This document shows, piece by piece, positions 39,213 through 48,916 of a DNA stretch of 64,000 nucleotides. The position numbers were made by a program, and so were the translations under genes. Source of the DNA: Candidatus Poribacteria bacterium (lineage in GTDB: Bacteria > Poribacteria > WGA-4E > PCPOR2b); NCBI GenBank assembly GCA_965208325.1, contig OZ242326.1, positions 854,725 through 918,724 on the forward strand. The letters are read 5' to 3'. The notes under the pieces were generated by a model that saw only the letters and a list, made by a program, of their open reading frames with translations, searched no databases and had not been told where the DNA came from. Positions within the stretch are counted from its first letter, which is position 1. Every line of letters begins with the position of its first letter.

Positions 39213-41816
39213 ATGGCACGAATTGCGCGAACACAGATTAATCTCGATTTCGCCTTCTTCACCTACCTACGCATCTTTTATACTGAGAACCGCGGGCGAA
39301 TTCGCAATCACTTTCGAGATCTATCTAAAAAATTCCTAGATTTCAACACCCCTGAATCAGGGGCGTTTTTGCGCGAACCGCAGTTTGAGGCGTTAGAGAT
39401 GTACATTTTCCTTAAGGAATATCTAGGTAACCGACACGTTCACGAGATTTTCACTGACTGGTACACAAAACAAAACGGGTTTGAAGGGCGGTCAACTCTT
39501 GGTATCGAACAGCTTGAACTGCTTGGAGAACTCAATACGACGCAATACGAGGCTGTATTCCGCTATATTAGAAAATCTGGAAATCGAAATTATGCGAATT
39601 ATATTTTTGCGCTTCCAATGGGTACGGGCAAGACGATTCTCATGGCAACCTGTATCTTCTACGAGTTTCTGCTCGCCAATAAATTTCCGAAAGATCCAAA
39701 ATATTGTCGTAATGCCCTTGTCTTCGCACCCGATCGAACGGTGTTACAGTCTCTCAAAGAGATTCAGACCTTCGACATGACAAAAGTTATACCGCATGAA
39801 TACTTCAATTTCCTTTCACGCCACATCCAATTCCACTTCCTTGAAGAAGCCGGAACTACACTCTCTACAATGGACCGCTCGCAATTCAACATTATCATCT
39901 CCAATGCGCAGAAGATAATACTCAAAAAGCAACACACTGAGAAAAGTGCCAGTGAACGCTTGTTTAAGAGCGGAGCACCGACTTACAAACCGGGAAGCGT
40001 CTACGACCAATTTTCAGGTCTCTACAATTTTGACACGCCCGAAGATGAGAACGAATTAACAACCAATCAGCGATTTCAGAAACTGACAAGGCTTGAACAA
40101 CTCGCAATCTTTGTCGACGAGGCACATCATGCGTTCGGCAGTAAACTGGCAAGGGACATGGGGCTTCAGAAGTCAAAGACCAGTCTGCGGCTTACCATTG
40201 ATGAACTTGCGGCAAGTTTGGAGCGTGCGGGAACGCGCGTCTGCGCCTGCTACAATTTCACGGGTACACCATACGTCGGGCAACAGGTCTTACCCGAAGT
40301 AGTTTACGGGTACGGGTTAAAAGAAGCAATTGACAAAGGATTCTTGAAAAAAGTTAGGCTTCATACCTACACCAATCCTAAAGACTCGGAGTTTGTGCGA
40401 CTGACGATTAAGGATTTCTGGGACAATCATCGTGGATTACGACATGAAGGGATGTTGCCGAAACTCGCACTATTTTCATCCACAATCGACGAGTTAAAGA
40501 ACGATCTTCGCCCCGCTGTTGAATCGGCGTTAAGCGAGTTTGGTGTGCCGCTCTCTAGCATCCTTGTTAATGTGGGAGATTCAAAGCTGACATCCAACGA
40601 TGAACTCCGCGAGTTTATTAACCTTGACACCCAATCATCCGAAAAACAGTTTATCTTGTTAGTCAATAAAGGAAAAGAAGGATGGAACTGCCGATCGCTG
40701 TTTGGCGTGGCACTTTACCGGAGACCGAAATCCAAAATTTTTGTTCTACAAGCCAGTATGCGATGCTTACGGCAGATTGGCGAAGACCAGCAAACTGGAC
40801 ACATTTATCTTTCCGCAGAGAATGCTCAGATTCTTGATGACGAGTTGCAGCAAAACTTCCGCGTGTCCGTCAATGAAATTCATAACTTCGGTGTTGAAAA
40901 ATTAAATTATAAGGTACGAGTTAACAAACCGCCCGTGAACGTGACGCTCAAACGCATCAGAAAGTTGCACCAGCTGGTAGAAAAGCAATCCCAGAACGGG
41001 CTGTGTTTGGAGCTCGATCAGATAGACACAGAAAAGTATCGCTTAATACACGAAGAAAGTGAAGGGCTGGCGGCTCCTCACCCGATTCTAACGGAGGACC
41101 TATCCGAATACAAGTTAAAGCGAGATTTCAGTCAGTTGACGCTGTGTGCGGAAATTTCTCGCTACCTAAATCGATCTCCGCTGAAAATTGAGGAAATGCT
41201 GACGAATACAGAAGAAGGGATGCAAAGGATTCTGTCGAATGTCAATGAGTTTAATGAACTACTTTACGACTGGATAATTCCACGAATTTTTAAGGCATTA
41301 TATGATTTGCAGGAATTTGAAAATCACGAATCAGAAGAAATTGAATTGGTTAAGGAGCCCGAGGAGGGGTACTACACTGTTCGGGCGACGCCTAACCTTG
41401 TTTTTACAGATAACAACACTGAAGTAATACAGCACCGGCGAAAGAGTTTTCACTTGGACACCTACGCTTTTGACTCCAACCCTGAAAAGGCTTTATTTTG
41501 GTCACTGCTGCGGGCTGGAAAAGTTAAAAAAGTGTATTTCACAGGAATGCTGACGCATGGGCAATCAGATTTTTACATCCAATACATTGACCCAGAATCG
41601 CATGCAGTCAGGCGATATTATCCCGATTTCCTCATGCGGAAGGATGACGACTCATGGGTCATCGTCGAAGTAAAGGGTGACAATATGGTTGACGACCAGA
41701 TAGTTCAGGCAAAAGCTGCGGCTACCTATCAGCGAGCAAATGCAAGTCGCATGACATACAAAATCATTAAGGGCAGCGATGCTCAGGCGGGAAGATATAG
41801 TTCATTGTTGGAATAG
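39213..41816 (+). CDS. res: Type III restriction enzyme Res subunit (SF2 DEAH helicase plus C-terminal PD-(D/E)xK endonuclease)
   Basis: Walker A 'FALPMGTGKTILMA', DEAH 'IFVDEAHHAF', C-terminal nuclease 'YYPDFLMRKDDDSWVIVEVKGD'. 867 aa, immediately downstream of Mod. Confidence 0.7.
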   Translation: MARIARTQINLDFAFFTYLRIFYTENRGRIRNHFRDLSKKFLDFNTPESGAFLREPQFEALEMYIFLKEYLGNRHVHEIFTDWYTKQNGFEGRSTLGIEQLELLGELNTTQYEAVFRYIRKSGNRNYANYIFALPMGTGKTILMATCIFYEFLLANKFPKDPKYCRNALVFAPDRTVLQSLKEIQTFDMTKVIPHEYFNFLSRHIQFHFLEEAGTTLSTMDRSQFNIIISNAQKIILKKQHTEKSASERLFKSGAPTYKPGSVYDQFSGLYNFDTPEDENELTTNQRFQKLTRLEQLAIFVDEAHHAFGSKLARDMGLQKSKTSLRLTIDELAASLERAGTRVCACYNFTGTPYVGQQVLPEVVYGYGLKEAIDKGFLKKVRLHTYTNPKDSEFVRLTIKDFWDNHRGLRHEGMLPKLALFSSTIDELKNDLRPAVESALSEFGVPLSSILVNVGDSKLTSNDELREFINLDTQSSEKQFILLVNKGKEGWNCRSLFGVALYRRPKSKIFVLQASMRCLRQIGEDQQTGHIYLSAENAQILDDELQQNFRVSVNEIHNFGVEKLNYKVRVNKPPVNVTLKRIRKLHQLVEKQSQNGLCLELDQIDTEKYRLIHEESEGLAAPHPILTEDLSEYKLKRDFSQLTLCAEISRYLNRSPLKIEEMLTNTEEGMQRILSNVNEFNELLYDWIIPRIFKALYDLQEFENHESEEIELVKEPEEGYYTVRATPNLVFTDNNTEVIQHRRKSFHLDTYAFDSNPEKALFWSLLRAGKVKKVYFTGMLTHGQSDFYIQYIDPESHAVRRYYPDFLMRKDDDSWVIVEVKGDNMVDDQIVQAKAAATYQRANASRMTYKIIKGSDAQAGRYSSLLE

Positions 41817-41855
41817 GGCATAATCGCAAACATTAAGAGTTCGGGGTCGTTCTTT

Positions 41856-42698
41856 TTGGCAATGAGAAAGATCAAAACAGGACTACGCTGGCTCTGTGGG
41901 AAGGTCGGCAAACTTAGTTTTGAACACATACCCCCGGAAAAAGCATTCAACGACCAGAAAGTTTTCCATGACTGCGTTATCAACATCCTTGAAAACCAAA
42001 AGCTTAAAACATCTCAACGAGGTGTTGGGGACCATACGCTGTGTATTACCTGCAACAATAATACAGGTACAATGTATGGGTCTGCTTTTGTAGAATTTTG
42101 CAAACGTGCTGCTGACGTGCTGTCTCAGGCGTACGGTTATCCTACGCTGCATTACGAGTATAGTACCTACCCCTTGCGGGTCATTAAACAAATCGTAACG
42201 ATGTTCTTTTCGACCAATAGCCCAGAATGGCGGAAATCATGTCCTGATTTGGAGAAATTCGTATTGGATAAGCAGGATAGATACCTGCCTGAAAGATACG
42301 GCATCTTCCTCTATTACAATATTGAAGGTACGCTGCTGAAGCACACAGGCATACAACGTGTGCTTAAATTCGACCCCGACTGGATTGCTTCACCCAACCT
42401 GTCAGAATTCAGTGAAATCGTGCACCCTCCTTTCGGGTATTTGATGACAACAGACTCGGACAAACCAGATGATAGGCTGTTTGACATTTCTTGGTTCAGC
42501 AATTTCACCTTTGATGACTATCGGCGAGTGTATCTAAAAATTCCCGTGTTACCCATTTACACAATGTATGCGGGGCAATATCCGAGTCGAAAAGAAATAG
42601 ACGAAATTCGACGCAAAAATCCGGCACGAGGTCTCCAAGATTACCTTGAAGACATCGTGAGTCAGTCTGTCAACAGGAAAGGCGAACAATCCAAATAG
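41856..42698 (+). CDS. hypothetical protein with N-terminal HNH-like motif
   Basis: 'LCGKVGKLSFEHIPPEKAFND...HTLCITCNNNTG' resembles the HNH beta-beta-alpha-Me core (E-H, N, CxxC). The remaining roughly 200 aa are unassigned. Confidence 0.35.
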   Translation: MAMRKIKTGLRWLCGKVGKLSFEHIPPEKAFNDQKVFHDCVINILENQKLKTSQRGVGDHTLCITCNNNTGTMYGSAFVEFCKRAADVLSQAYGYPTLHYEYSTYPLRVIKQIVTMFFSTNSPEWRKSCPDLEKFVLDKQDRYLPERYGIFLYYNIEGTLLKHTGIQRVLKFDPDWIASPNLSEFSEIVHPPFGYLMTTDSDKPDDRLFDISWFSNFTFDDYRRVYLKIPVLPIYTMYAGQYPSRKEIDEIRRKNPARGLQDYLEDIVSQSVNRKGEQSK

Positions 42699-43049
42699 CA
42701 TTTTCTAAGCATTAATTACGAATTGCTAAGTAGAAAATATATGTATCAATTGGAGGTAATCTGTAAAATCCGTCAAATCTTGTAAACTATTGTAAACTTG
42801 AATGATGCGACAAATGCGCGAGAAAATCGCTACATACGCTTAAGCGATTGCGACCGGCGTTTGAAGCTGCGGCTGAAGGATACAGTAACCAACTTAAATT
42901 AAATAGTAAATGGATACGGTGACTCTCAACACCCGGCAACGCCATTCGATCGCTCGTTAATCCATTCATTTGGTTGTAGTTAAAGTCACTATTCCCACGC
43001 GTTCCCTTCATCTTAACGCCCGCTTTAATTTAGCAAGGGAGAATACGAT

Positions 43050-43496
43050 ATGACAAAGCGAATTTGGGTACTTCTTGGAGTTGGAATTATCGCTATTGTC
43101 TTCATATTAATTGCTGTATTTGCAGTTCGATCTTGCGGACAGCCCCCGGCCGAGACTCCGGTCCCCGACGATGATGCAACATCAGCCGCTCCTAAGCCCA
43201 CACGCGCGATAAAACCTGCGCCCGCGTATGTATCCGTTTCAATCAACGCCGTTCCGTGGGCAGAGGTTTTCATAAGGACTCCTGGAAGCGCTCGATTCGT
43301 AAAACCGGGGACTAAATACTTTAATATCAAGCCTCCTTCCAATGGAAAGGATGCCCACGTCACTCCGATTCGCGGAAAATTGAAAGTGCCGGCCGGCACA
43401 GCGATAAAGTTGGTGTATGATGGACGAGAGAAAATTTTCCCTTACGAGTCTTGGAAGACAAGGCGTTCAATCTCACACGATTTTCTGGGGCAATAA
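43050..43496 (+). CDS. hypothetical membrane-anchored protein
   Basis: N-terminal TM 'IWVLLGVGIIAIVFILIAVFAV', then a Pro/Ala-rich linker. 148 aa. Confidence 0.45.
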   Translation: MTKRIWVLLGVGIIAIVFILIAVFAVRSCGQPPAETPVPDDDATSAAPKPTRAIKPAPAYVSVSINAVPWAEVFIRTPGSARFVKPGTKYFNIKPPSNGKDAHVTPIRGKLKVPAGTAIKLVYDGREKIFPYESWKTRRSISHDFLGQ

Positions 43497-43542
43497 CCTA
43501 TCATTAAATAGAGTCGCTGGTAGATTTTTGGTGATACTTAAA

Positions 43543-45897
43543 ATGAGATTTTTCGTCATTTTTACGAAATTAATCCTTTTGACGGTCTGGAATTCGTCAG
43601 TCGCCATGGCCCTTACATCGGAAGAGATTGCCAAGAAAGCGTTGGACGCTACTGTACTTCTTGTCATGGTCGATGTCAATGGCAAGGTCGAATCACAAGG
43701 CAGCGGGTTTTTTGTACAATCAAATCGCATTGTGACCAATTTCCACGTTATTGATGGTTTCACTAGAGGCGACGCAAAACCTGTTGGTCGACAGACGGTG
43801 TACCCGATTGAGCATGTCTCGGCGGTGGACAGGAAGCACAATTTGGCAATTTTACAGGTGTCGGCACCCGGAATTGAACCACTTTCCATAGGGAACAGTG
43901 CGTCAGTTGCGGTTGAAGATCAGATTTATGTCGTGGGCAATCCATTAGGCGTCCTTGAGGGCACATTCTCTGAAGGGATTATCAGTGCGATCCGAGAAGT
44001 GGATTCGGTAAAGCTGTTTGAGGTTACTGCACCCATCTCTGAGGGTAACAGCGGCGGTCCAGTGCTAAACGCCCAAGGCGAAGTAATTGGAGTTTCACAC
44101 GGAGCGGTCCCTGCAGGGCGGAATCTAAATTTTGCGATCCCGTCAATCCACATTCAAGTGCTCGCCAACAAATTGGGCAAAGAACTGCTAGAAAAGGGTA
44201 TTCTGCAATATGAAGCTACCCAATTCAATGAGGCAATAAAATCATTGCGATTAGCCCTAACCGAGCTTAGCGATTCGAAACTGCGAGCCGTTGCCCACCT
44301 TTACCTTGGATGCTCAAAACGAGGATATGGAGAATCTGATTACCCCGTTAGCGCGGCGTTTGTAGAGGCGCTTCGACACAATCCTGAACAGATGTTGCCG
44401 CCTAGAATAGGAGAGGACCACCCGGTTTTTAAACCGATGCTCGAAAAAGTACGGTCTGAGTCAACTGGGAAATTGACGGTTAACTGCTCACTCCCCGAAA
44501 CTGAAATCTGGATTGACGGGGAGGTAATTGACAGGAAAATGATTGGCAGCGGCAATGCCGCCGTCCGACTATTTGTGGGCGGCTACACCGCGGAGGGGGT
44601 TTTTGAAGACGTGTACCGAAAGGCCTCATTCTCTATTGTACCTGATGGGCATGAGATTCTTTATCTAGATATGCCGCCCGTATTAAGGCATGAACCCCCA
44701 TCTAGAGTTTCCGTCGGTGAGGTTATCTCTCTTTCTTTGGATATAATTAGCCGCGATAAGGCGAAGCAGGTTCAGATCCACTACACCATCTTCGACAGAA
44801 ACGGGGAAGAATTGGTCCGGGGGATGCAGGACATGCTTTTGTGGAAGGAACAGCCCATACCGTCTACGTGGATTCACCGCTCGGATTTGCCATCGCAAAC
44901 CACCGTAGGAAGAATTTCATATTTCATCATGGCGGATGAAGGAAGGTCTCCTACTAGTCAGTTTCATGAAATCGCAATTGTTGACGAGAATCTCCCAATA
45001 ATTGACCTGCTAGAGCCCCCTGAAACTGCCGAATTCAGGGTCAACCAATCCATTTCGGTTAGAGCAAAAGTAACTGATAACACCGCTATTGATGAGGTTC
45101 GTATTCATTATGCTTTCTCGAGTTCAGGCAATTCAAGACCTTCCGAGACAATTCCGTCTGAACCACTGGTGAAGGAAACCTCTGGCGACGTATATGCCGG
45201 GTTAATCCCGCCGCAAAAGAGCGGTCCCGGCTACATCTGGTATTATCTGACCGCAATTGATGAAGAAAATAACCAGCGCCGCTCCGATTTCAGACGAATA
45301 AGTATAGTAAAAATTCCCGATGAGCGGCCCATGATGCCGGCGATAATTAAACGAAGCGCCCCGGTACGCCTCCCACATCAGAGTGTATGGGCAAGCCTCG
45401 GGTTGTGGAACGATATTCTCAAATTACATCGACCTGATGCTTTTTCGTGGGAAAGAGGAAATGTAATCAGTCTCGGTTACTTGAGTGAAGGCAGGGGCTA
45501 TCCGACACTTGGCGTAAAACTGGATTATTCGTATCAGATTCGCGAAAACATAAATGCGACAATAGAATTGGGGCCTGCAATTAGAAACGCTGCAATCACA
45601 GTAGCATTACTGGGCGGTGTTGCACGGTACAAAAAAATTTACGATGAATCGAATCCAATTACACCTTTTCTCGGTGCGAGTTTAAGGCTTTACCCAATGG
45701 ATACCGTCACAATTGACATCGCAAGTTCGATTAATCTTAGGTCGTTTGACACCACTTCCATACAATTCCAGCACTACGAAATGGGCCTGCGGATTTACCT
45801 AACGCCAACTCTGAACCTCAAGTTAAGTTACGGAAATTGGTACATAAGAGAGCACGGAAACAAAAGCGTTCAGATTGGACTGGGGATTAAATTCTGA
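43543..45897 (+). CDS. trypsin-like (S1) serine protease with large C-terminal region ending in a putative outer-membrane beta-barrel
   Basis: Signal peptide 'MRFFVIFTKLILLTVWNSSVAMA'. Protease motifs 'GSGFFVQSNRIVTNFHVIDG' (His), 'NLAILQVS' (Asp region), 'GNSGGPVLN' (Ser). C-terminal amphipathic beta strands ending '...QIGLGIKF' (terminal Phe). The ORF's upstream in-frame start at 43417 is rejected for lacking a signal peptide. Confidence 0.65.
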   Translation: MRFFVIFTKLILLTVWNSSVAMALTSEEIAKKALDATVLLVMVDVNGKVESQGSGFFVQSNRIVTNFHVIDGFTRGDAKPVGRQTVYPIEHVSAVDRKHNLAILQVSAPGIEPLSIGNSASVAVEDQIYVVGNPLGVLEGTFSEGIISAIREVDSVKLFEVTAPISEGNSGGPVLNAQGEVIGVSHGAVPAGRNLNFAIPSIHIQVLANKLGKELLEKGILQYEATQFNEAIKSLRLALTELSDSKLRAVAHLYLGCSKRGYGESDYPVSAAFVEALRHNPEQMLPPRIGEDHPVFKPMLEKVRSESTGKLTVNCSLPETEIWIDGEVIDRKMIGSGNAAVRLFVGGYTAEGVFEDVYRKASFSIVPDGHEILYLDMPPVLRHEPPSRVSVGEVISLSLDIISRDKAKQVQIHYTIFDRNGEELVRGMQDMLLWKEQPIPSTWIHRSDLPSQTTVGRISYFIMADEGRSPTSQFHEIAIVDENLPIIDLLEPPETAEFRVNQSISVRAKVTDNTAIDEVRIHYAFSSSGNSRPSETIPSEPLVKETSGDVYAGLIPPQKSGPGYIWYYLTAIDEENNQRRSDFRRISIVKIPDERPMMPAIIKRSAPVRLPHQSVWASLGLWNDILKLHRPDAFSWERGNVISLGYLSEGRGYPTLGVKLDYSYQIRENINATIELGPAIRNAAITVALLGGVARYKKIYDESNPITPFLGASLRLYPMDTVTIDIASSINLRSFDTTSIQFQHYEMGLRIYLTPTLNLKLSYGNWYIREHGNKSVQIGLGIKF

Positions 45898-46062
45898 GCG
45901 TTCATACCTTTATTGTGACTACACTTATTATCCCCCAAATATCAATCTAAACACGTGCACGACGACACCGATATTTTTCCAACTTTACATCATCGCATTT
46001 CTCGCCCTTAACGGCGGATGCAAAGACGCAAGATGTGTCTTGGGTTGGCAACTCTTTGAATA

Positions 46063-46551
46063 TTGGAGATTCATGTGCTTCAATCAACGTTCAACCAACG
46101 CCTAGCGTCGTGCATTATTGTTGCATTGTTGATTTTTTTGAACATAGGTTGCGCTACAATTACGCGGGGTAGTAAACAAGAGATATCAATATCTAGTGAA
46201 CCACCGGGAGCATCTGTAACCATCGATAATCAGCTTTATGGGGTAACCCCTACGGCGGTGCAACTTGCTCGTTCCAAACCCCATTCGGTGTTCCTTCAAC
46301 TTGAAGGTTACGAACCCGTTTTAATACAGATTCAGTCACAACCCGATGCTGCTGTCGCGGGAAACTGTCTGATGTGTTGTTGTTTGGGTGTACCTGGCAT
46401 TGTAGCCTTTGCAGTAGACATAATAACGGGTTCCGGTCGAACGTTAACGCCTGAAACAATTCACGTAGTTTTAATCCCCTTTGATGTTATTCTACCACCA
46501 GAAGTTGGGCAAAAATGGTATGTACGTCGTGCCTCTAGCGGCGAAAGATAG
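46063..46551 (+). CDS. PEGA-domain lipoprotein
   Basis: Lipobox 'FLNIGC'. PEGA motif 'ISSEPPGASVTIDNQLYGVTP'. Cys-rich hydrophobic C-terminus. Confidence 0.55.
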   Translation: MEIHVLQSTFNQRLASCIIVALLIFLNIGCATITRGSKQEISISSEPPGASVTIDNQLYGVTPTAVQLARSKPHSVFLQLEGYEPVLIQIQSQPDAAVAGNCLMCCCLGVPGIVAFAVDIITGSGRTLTPETIHVVLIPFDVILPPEVGQKWYVRRASSGER

Positions 46552-46831
46552 ATGGGAGTATAAGCACCAGTGTCCAATAGAGTATAGCGTTACGACGAAA
46601 ATTACGGTTCCGACATGTCCAACTACATAATCGGCTATTCAAATAAAAAACCTGACGAGCGGCAATTAAATTTTTAGATCGATTTCAAATGCCTACTCCA
46701 GTGAGGAATTTCTAAACTTTACGTCTGAATTGCCTCGCGAATTCTTTCAACATCAGCTTCAAACAAGAAGACTGAGACCCTGACATTCGAACTAAGTCAT
46801 TGGCGAGCCTAGTTAGGTATTGGACTGTATT

Positions 46832-47443
46832 CTAATAAAACACTACACCAATTGCAAAACTGTCAATTGCCCCGGTAAACGAAAAAGCATACGTACCCGA
46901 AATTATCAAAGATGGAGAAACCGTTAGTTCTAACCCCATCGCCGCATTTACGTGGCCTTCATCGATTTCCAACTCATCATTCAGAAACTCCCAGTTGTAA
47001 TTGTATCCCACACCGAAAAAAGGCGCAAATTCCATTGGGCTTGATTCGGATTTCAGTCGTTTTAATAGACCGGCATAGCCGCCTAAGCCAAGTCCATAGA
47101 TGTGTAGGTCACTGGCAAGGTTTTGATATGAGCCCCCTCCCCCAATCGTGACAAACGAATCGAATCCCGTAGTGCCAAACGGAGCGATGTGCATAAAGTC
47201 TAGTGAGGCTGCGGGAGAGGGCGGAACATCTAATTCATCGAAAAACCGAATCGCACCGGTAAACGATGCTTTTGCGTTTGCGTCAATGCCATATTCGAGA
47301 TTGGCCCAAATGGCACGATTCATTTCAGTAAAGGCTAATCCAAGTCCAAATGTGCTTTGTGTGGGCGCCAACCGTTTAAAGCTTGCAAAAGCGCTTGTGG
47401 CACACACATAAAAGCAAATTGCAATAATGAAGATTTTTTTCAT
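46832..47443 (-). CDS. small outer-membrane beta-barrel protein (OmpA-like / porin family 3 type)
   Basis: Signal peptide 'MKKIFIIAICFYVCATSAFA', alternating hydrophobic beta pattern, Gly/aromatic-rich, C-terminal '...GVVFY'. The start is taken at the internal ATG 47443. Confidence 0.5.
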   Translation of the reverse strand: MKKIFIIAICFYVCATSAFASFKRLAPTQSTFGLGLAFTEMNRAIWANLEYGIDANAKASFTGAIRFFDELDVPPSPAASLDFMHIAPFGTTGFDSFVTIGGGGSYQNLASDLHIYGLGLGGYAGLLKRLKSESSPMEFAPFFGVGYNYNWEFLNDELEIDEGHVNAAMGLELTVSPSLIISGTYAFSFTGAIDSFAIGVVFY

Positions 47444-47595
47444 GGTAACTGGGTTCTCCATAAAACCAAGTGAGTTGCTAGATTTTTCTAGAACTTCATG
47501 ATGTAATTTTGTTGTCCGCAGTTGTAATGATTGCGGAATGTCAGATAGCGGCACGTATCAGGCCATCCCATGTAATGCGGATTTGGGAAAAAGGG

Positions 47596-47925
47596 TTATT
47601 CACCGTATACCGTTATAGTATAGGTGGCCACAATTCCTAGAACACTCTGTGAGTGTTGCTCAACATGGTGGATCTTGGTGATACCACCATTCCTAGCCGC
47701 CGTTTGGATACTTGCATCCCCTATTGCGACCCATCCAAGAATGGATTGTGCGAATGCCGTTCCTGATTTGAGCGGTTTGACATTGTTATCTATACTTGAA
47801 GGAATTGGTGCCTTTACATCGGAGTATAGAAAACCCGTAACGGGTTGTTTAGCCTGTGCAGCACATCCTGTCAGATACATAACCAGCAATAACGGGATTG
47901 TAACAGTAACAACAAATTTTGACAT
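47596..47925 (-). CDS. TRL-like small lipoprotein
   Basis: Lipobox 'MYLTGC'. 109 aa. 'GFLYSDVKAP...GDASIQTAARNGGITKIHHVE' resembles the TRL-domain family. Confidence 0.4.
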   Translation of the reverse strand: MSKFVVTVTIPLLLVMYLTGCAAQAKQPVTGFLYSDVKAPIPSSIDNNVKPLKSGTAFAQSILGWVAIGDASIQTAARNGGITKIHHVEQHSQSVLGIVATYTITVYGE

Positions 47926-48550
47926 GGTAAACTCCTTTTAATTGAGCAAAATAAAATCATCACCTATAATCATAGCCGGCATCGCTGTCCTTTATCACTT
48001 AATGCCGAACTTGTAGCGGCTTTGACCCCGCCCCCAATCTCAGAAGACGGCTTTCGCGATGCCTAGCAATCGGAATCACTAAACCCATTTGGAATTTAGC
48101 AGCAAATAACAGACAGAAATCGATGAACGCGTATCGTTTGGCAAGGAAATGATTTGCGCCGTACATCGGCATTTCAATCTTAGATTGACGCTCTTGTTAT
48201 TCTTCATTAAGTAATGATTTATGATACCACAAGAAACCTTTCTCGGCAACGCCAAAAATCTGCGAACGCCGGTTGACGGATACTCCTGTCCTAGTATAAA
48301 ATCTTAAATTTTCACAAATTGTATTTTACCGCCACCACGCATTATATCCGATACTGTCAGTAACGCTTTTTTTAATGAGAAAACTCATAGTTGAGAATCT
48401 ACCGCCGGATGCCACATAGAAACTGAAAATCATGTAAACTTCTTTAAACTTTGTAAACTTGATCGAGAGAAAATTTCATCAAAATTTACGTCGCTACAAC
48501 TTGACATACTTCGAGGTTTTGTCGACATCTCTTTATAAGGTTGTGGCATT

Positions 48551-48916
48551 ATGTTAAGAATGATGCCGATAACCTTACCTGATAACCAATGGGAAAAAAT
48601 ATATGAGTTTCTTCTGGGTTGTTCCAACATCTTTGTCCGCAACGAAGCCGAAACCCGACGATTCGTCGAAGCTGTCCTGTGGGTGGCTCGCAGCGGTGCG
48701 CAATGGAGATTATTGCCTACTGCTTATGGCAAGTGGAACTCCATTTACAAGCGGTTTAGTAACTGGTGCGACATAGGAATCTTCGAACATATGCACCGCC
48801 ACTTTGCCTCCGACCCAGATATGGCGTCGCTTATTATTGACTCGACCATTTGCCGGGCTCACCCATGCGCACCTGGCGCCTCAAAAAAAACGGGGGTGCC
48901 GAAAACCAAGCGTTAG
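48551..48916 (+). CDS. IS5-family transposase OrfA
   Basis: 'MLRMMPITLPDNQWEKIYEFL...AQWRLLPTAYGKWNSIYKRFSNWCDIGIFE', a conserved IS5/IS427 OrfA. Confidence 0.75.
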   Translation: MLRMMPITLPDNQWEKIYEFLLGCSNIFVRNEAETRRFVEAVLWVARSGAQWRLLPTAYGKWNSIYKRFSNWCDIGIFEHMHRHFASDPDMASLIIDSTICRAHPCAPGASKKTGVPKTKR

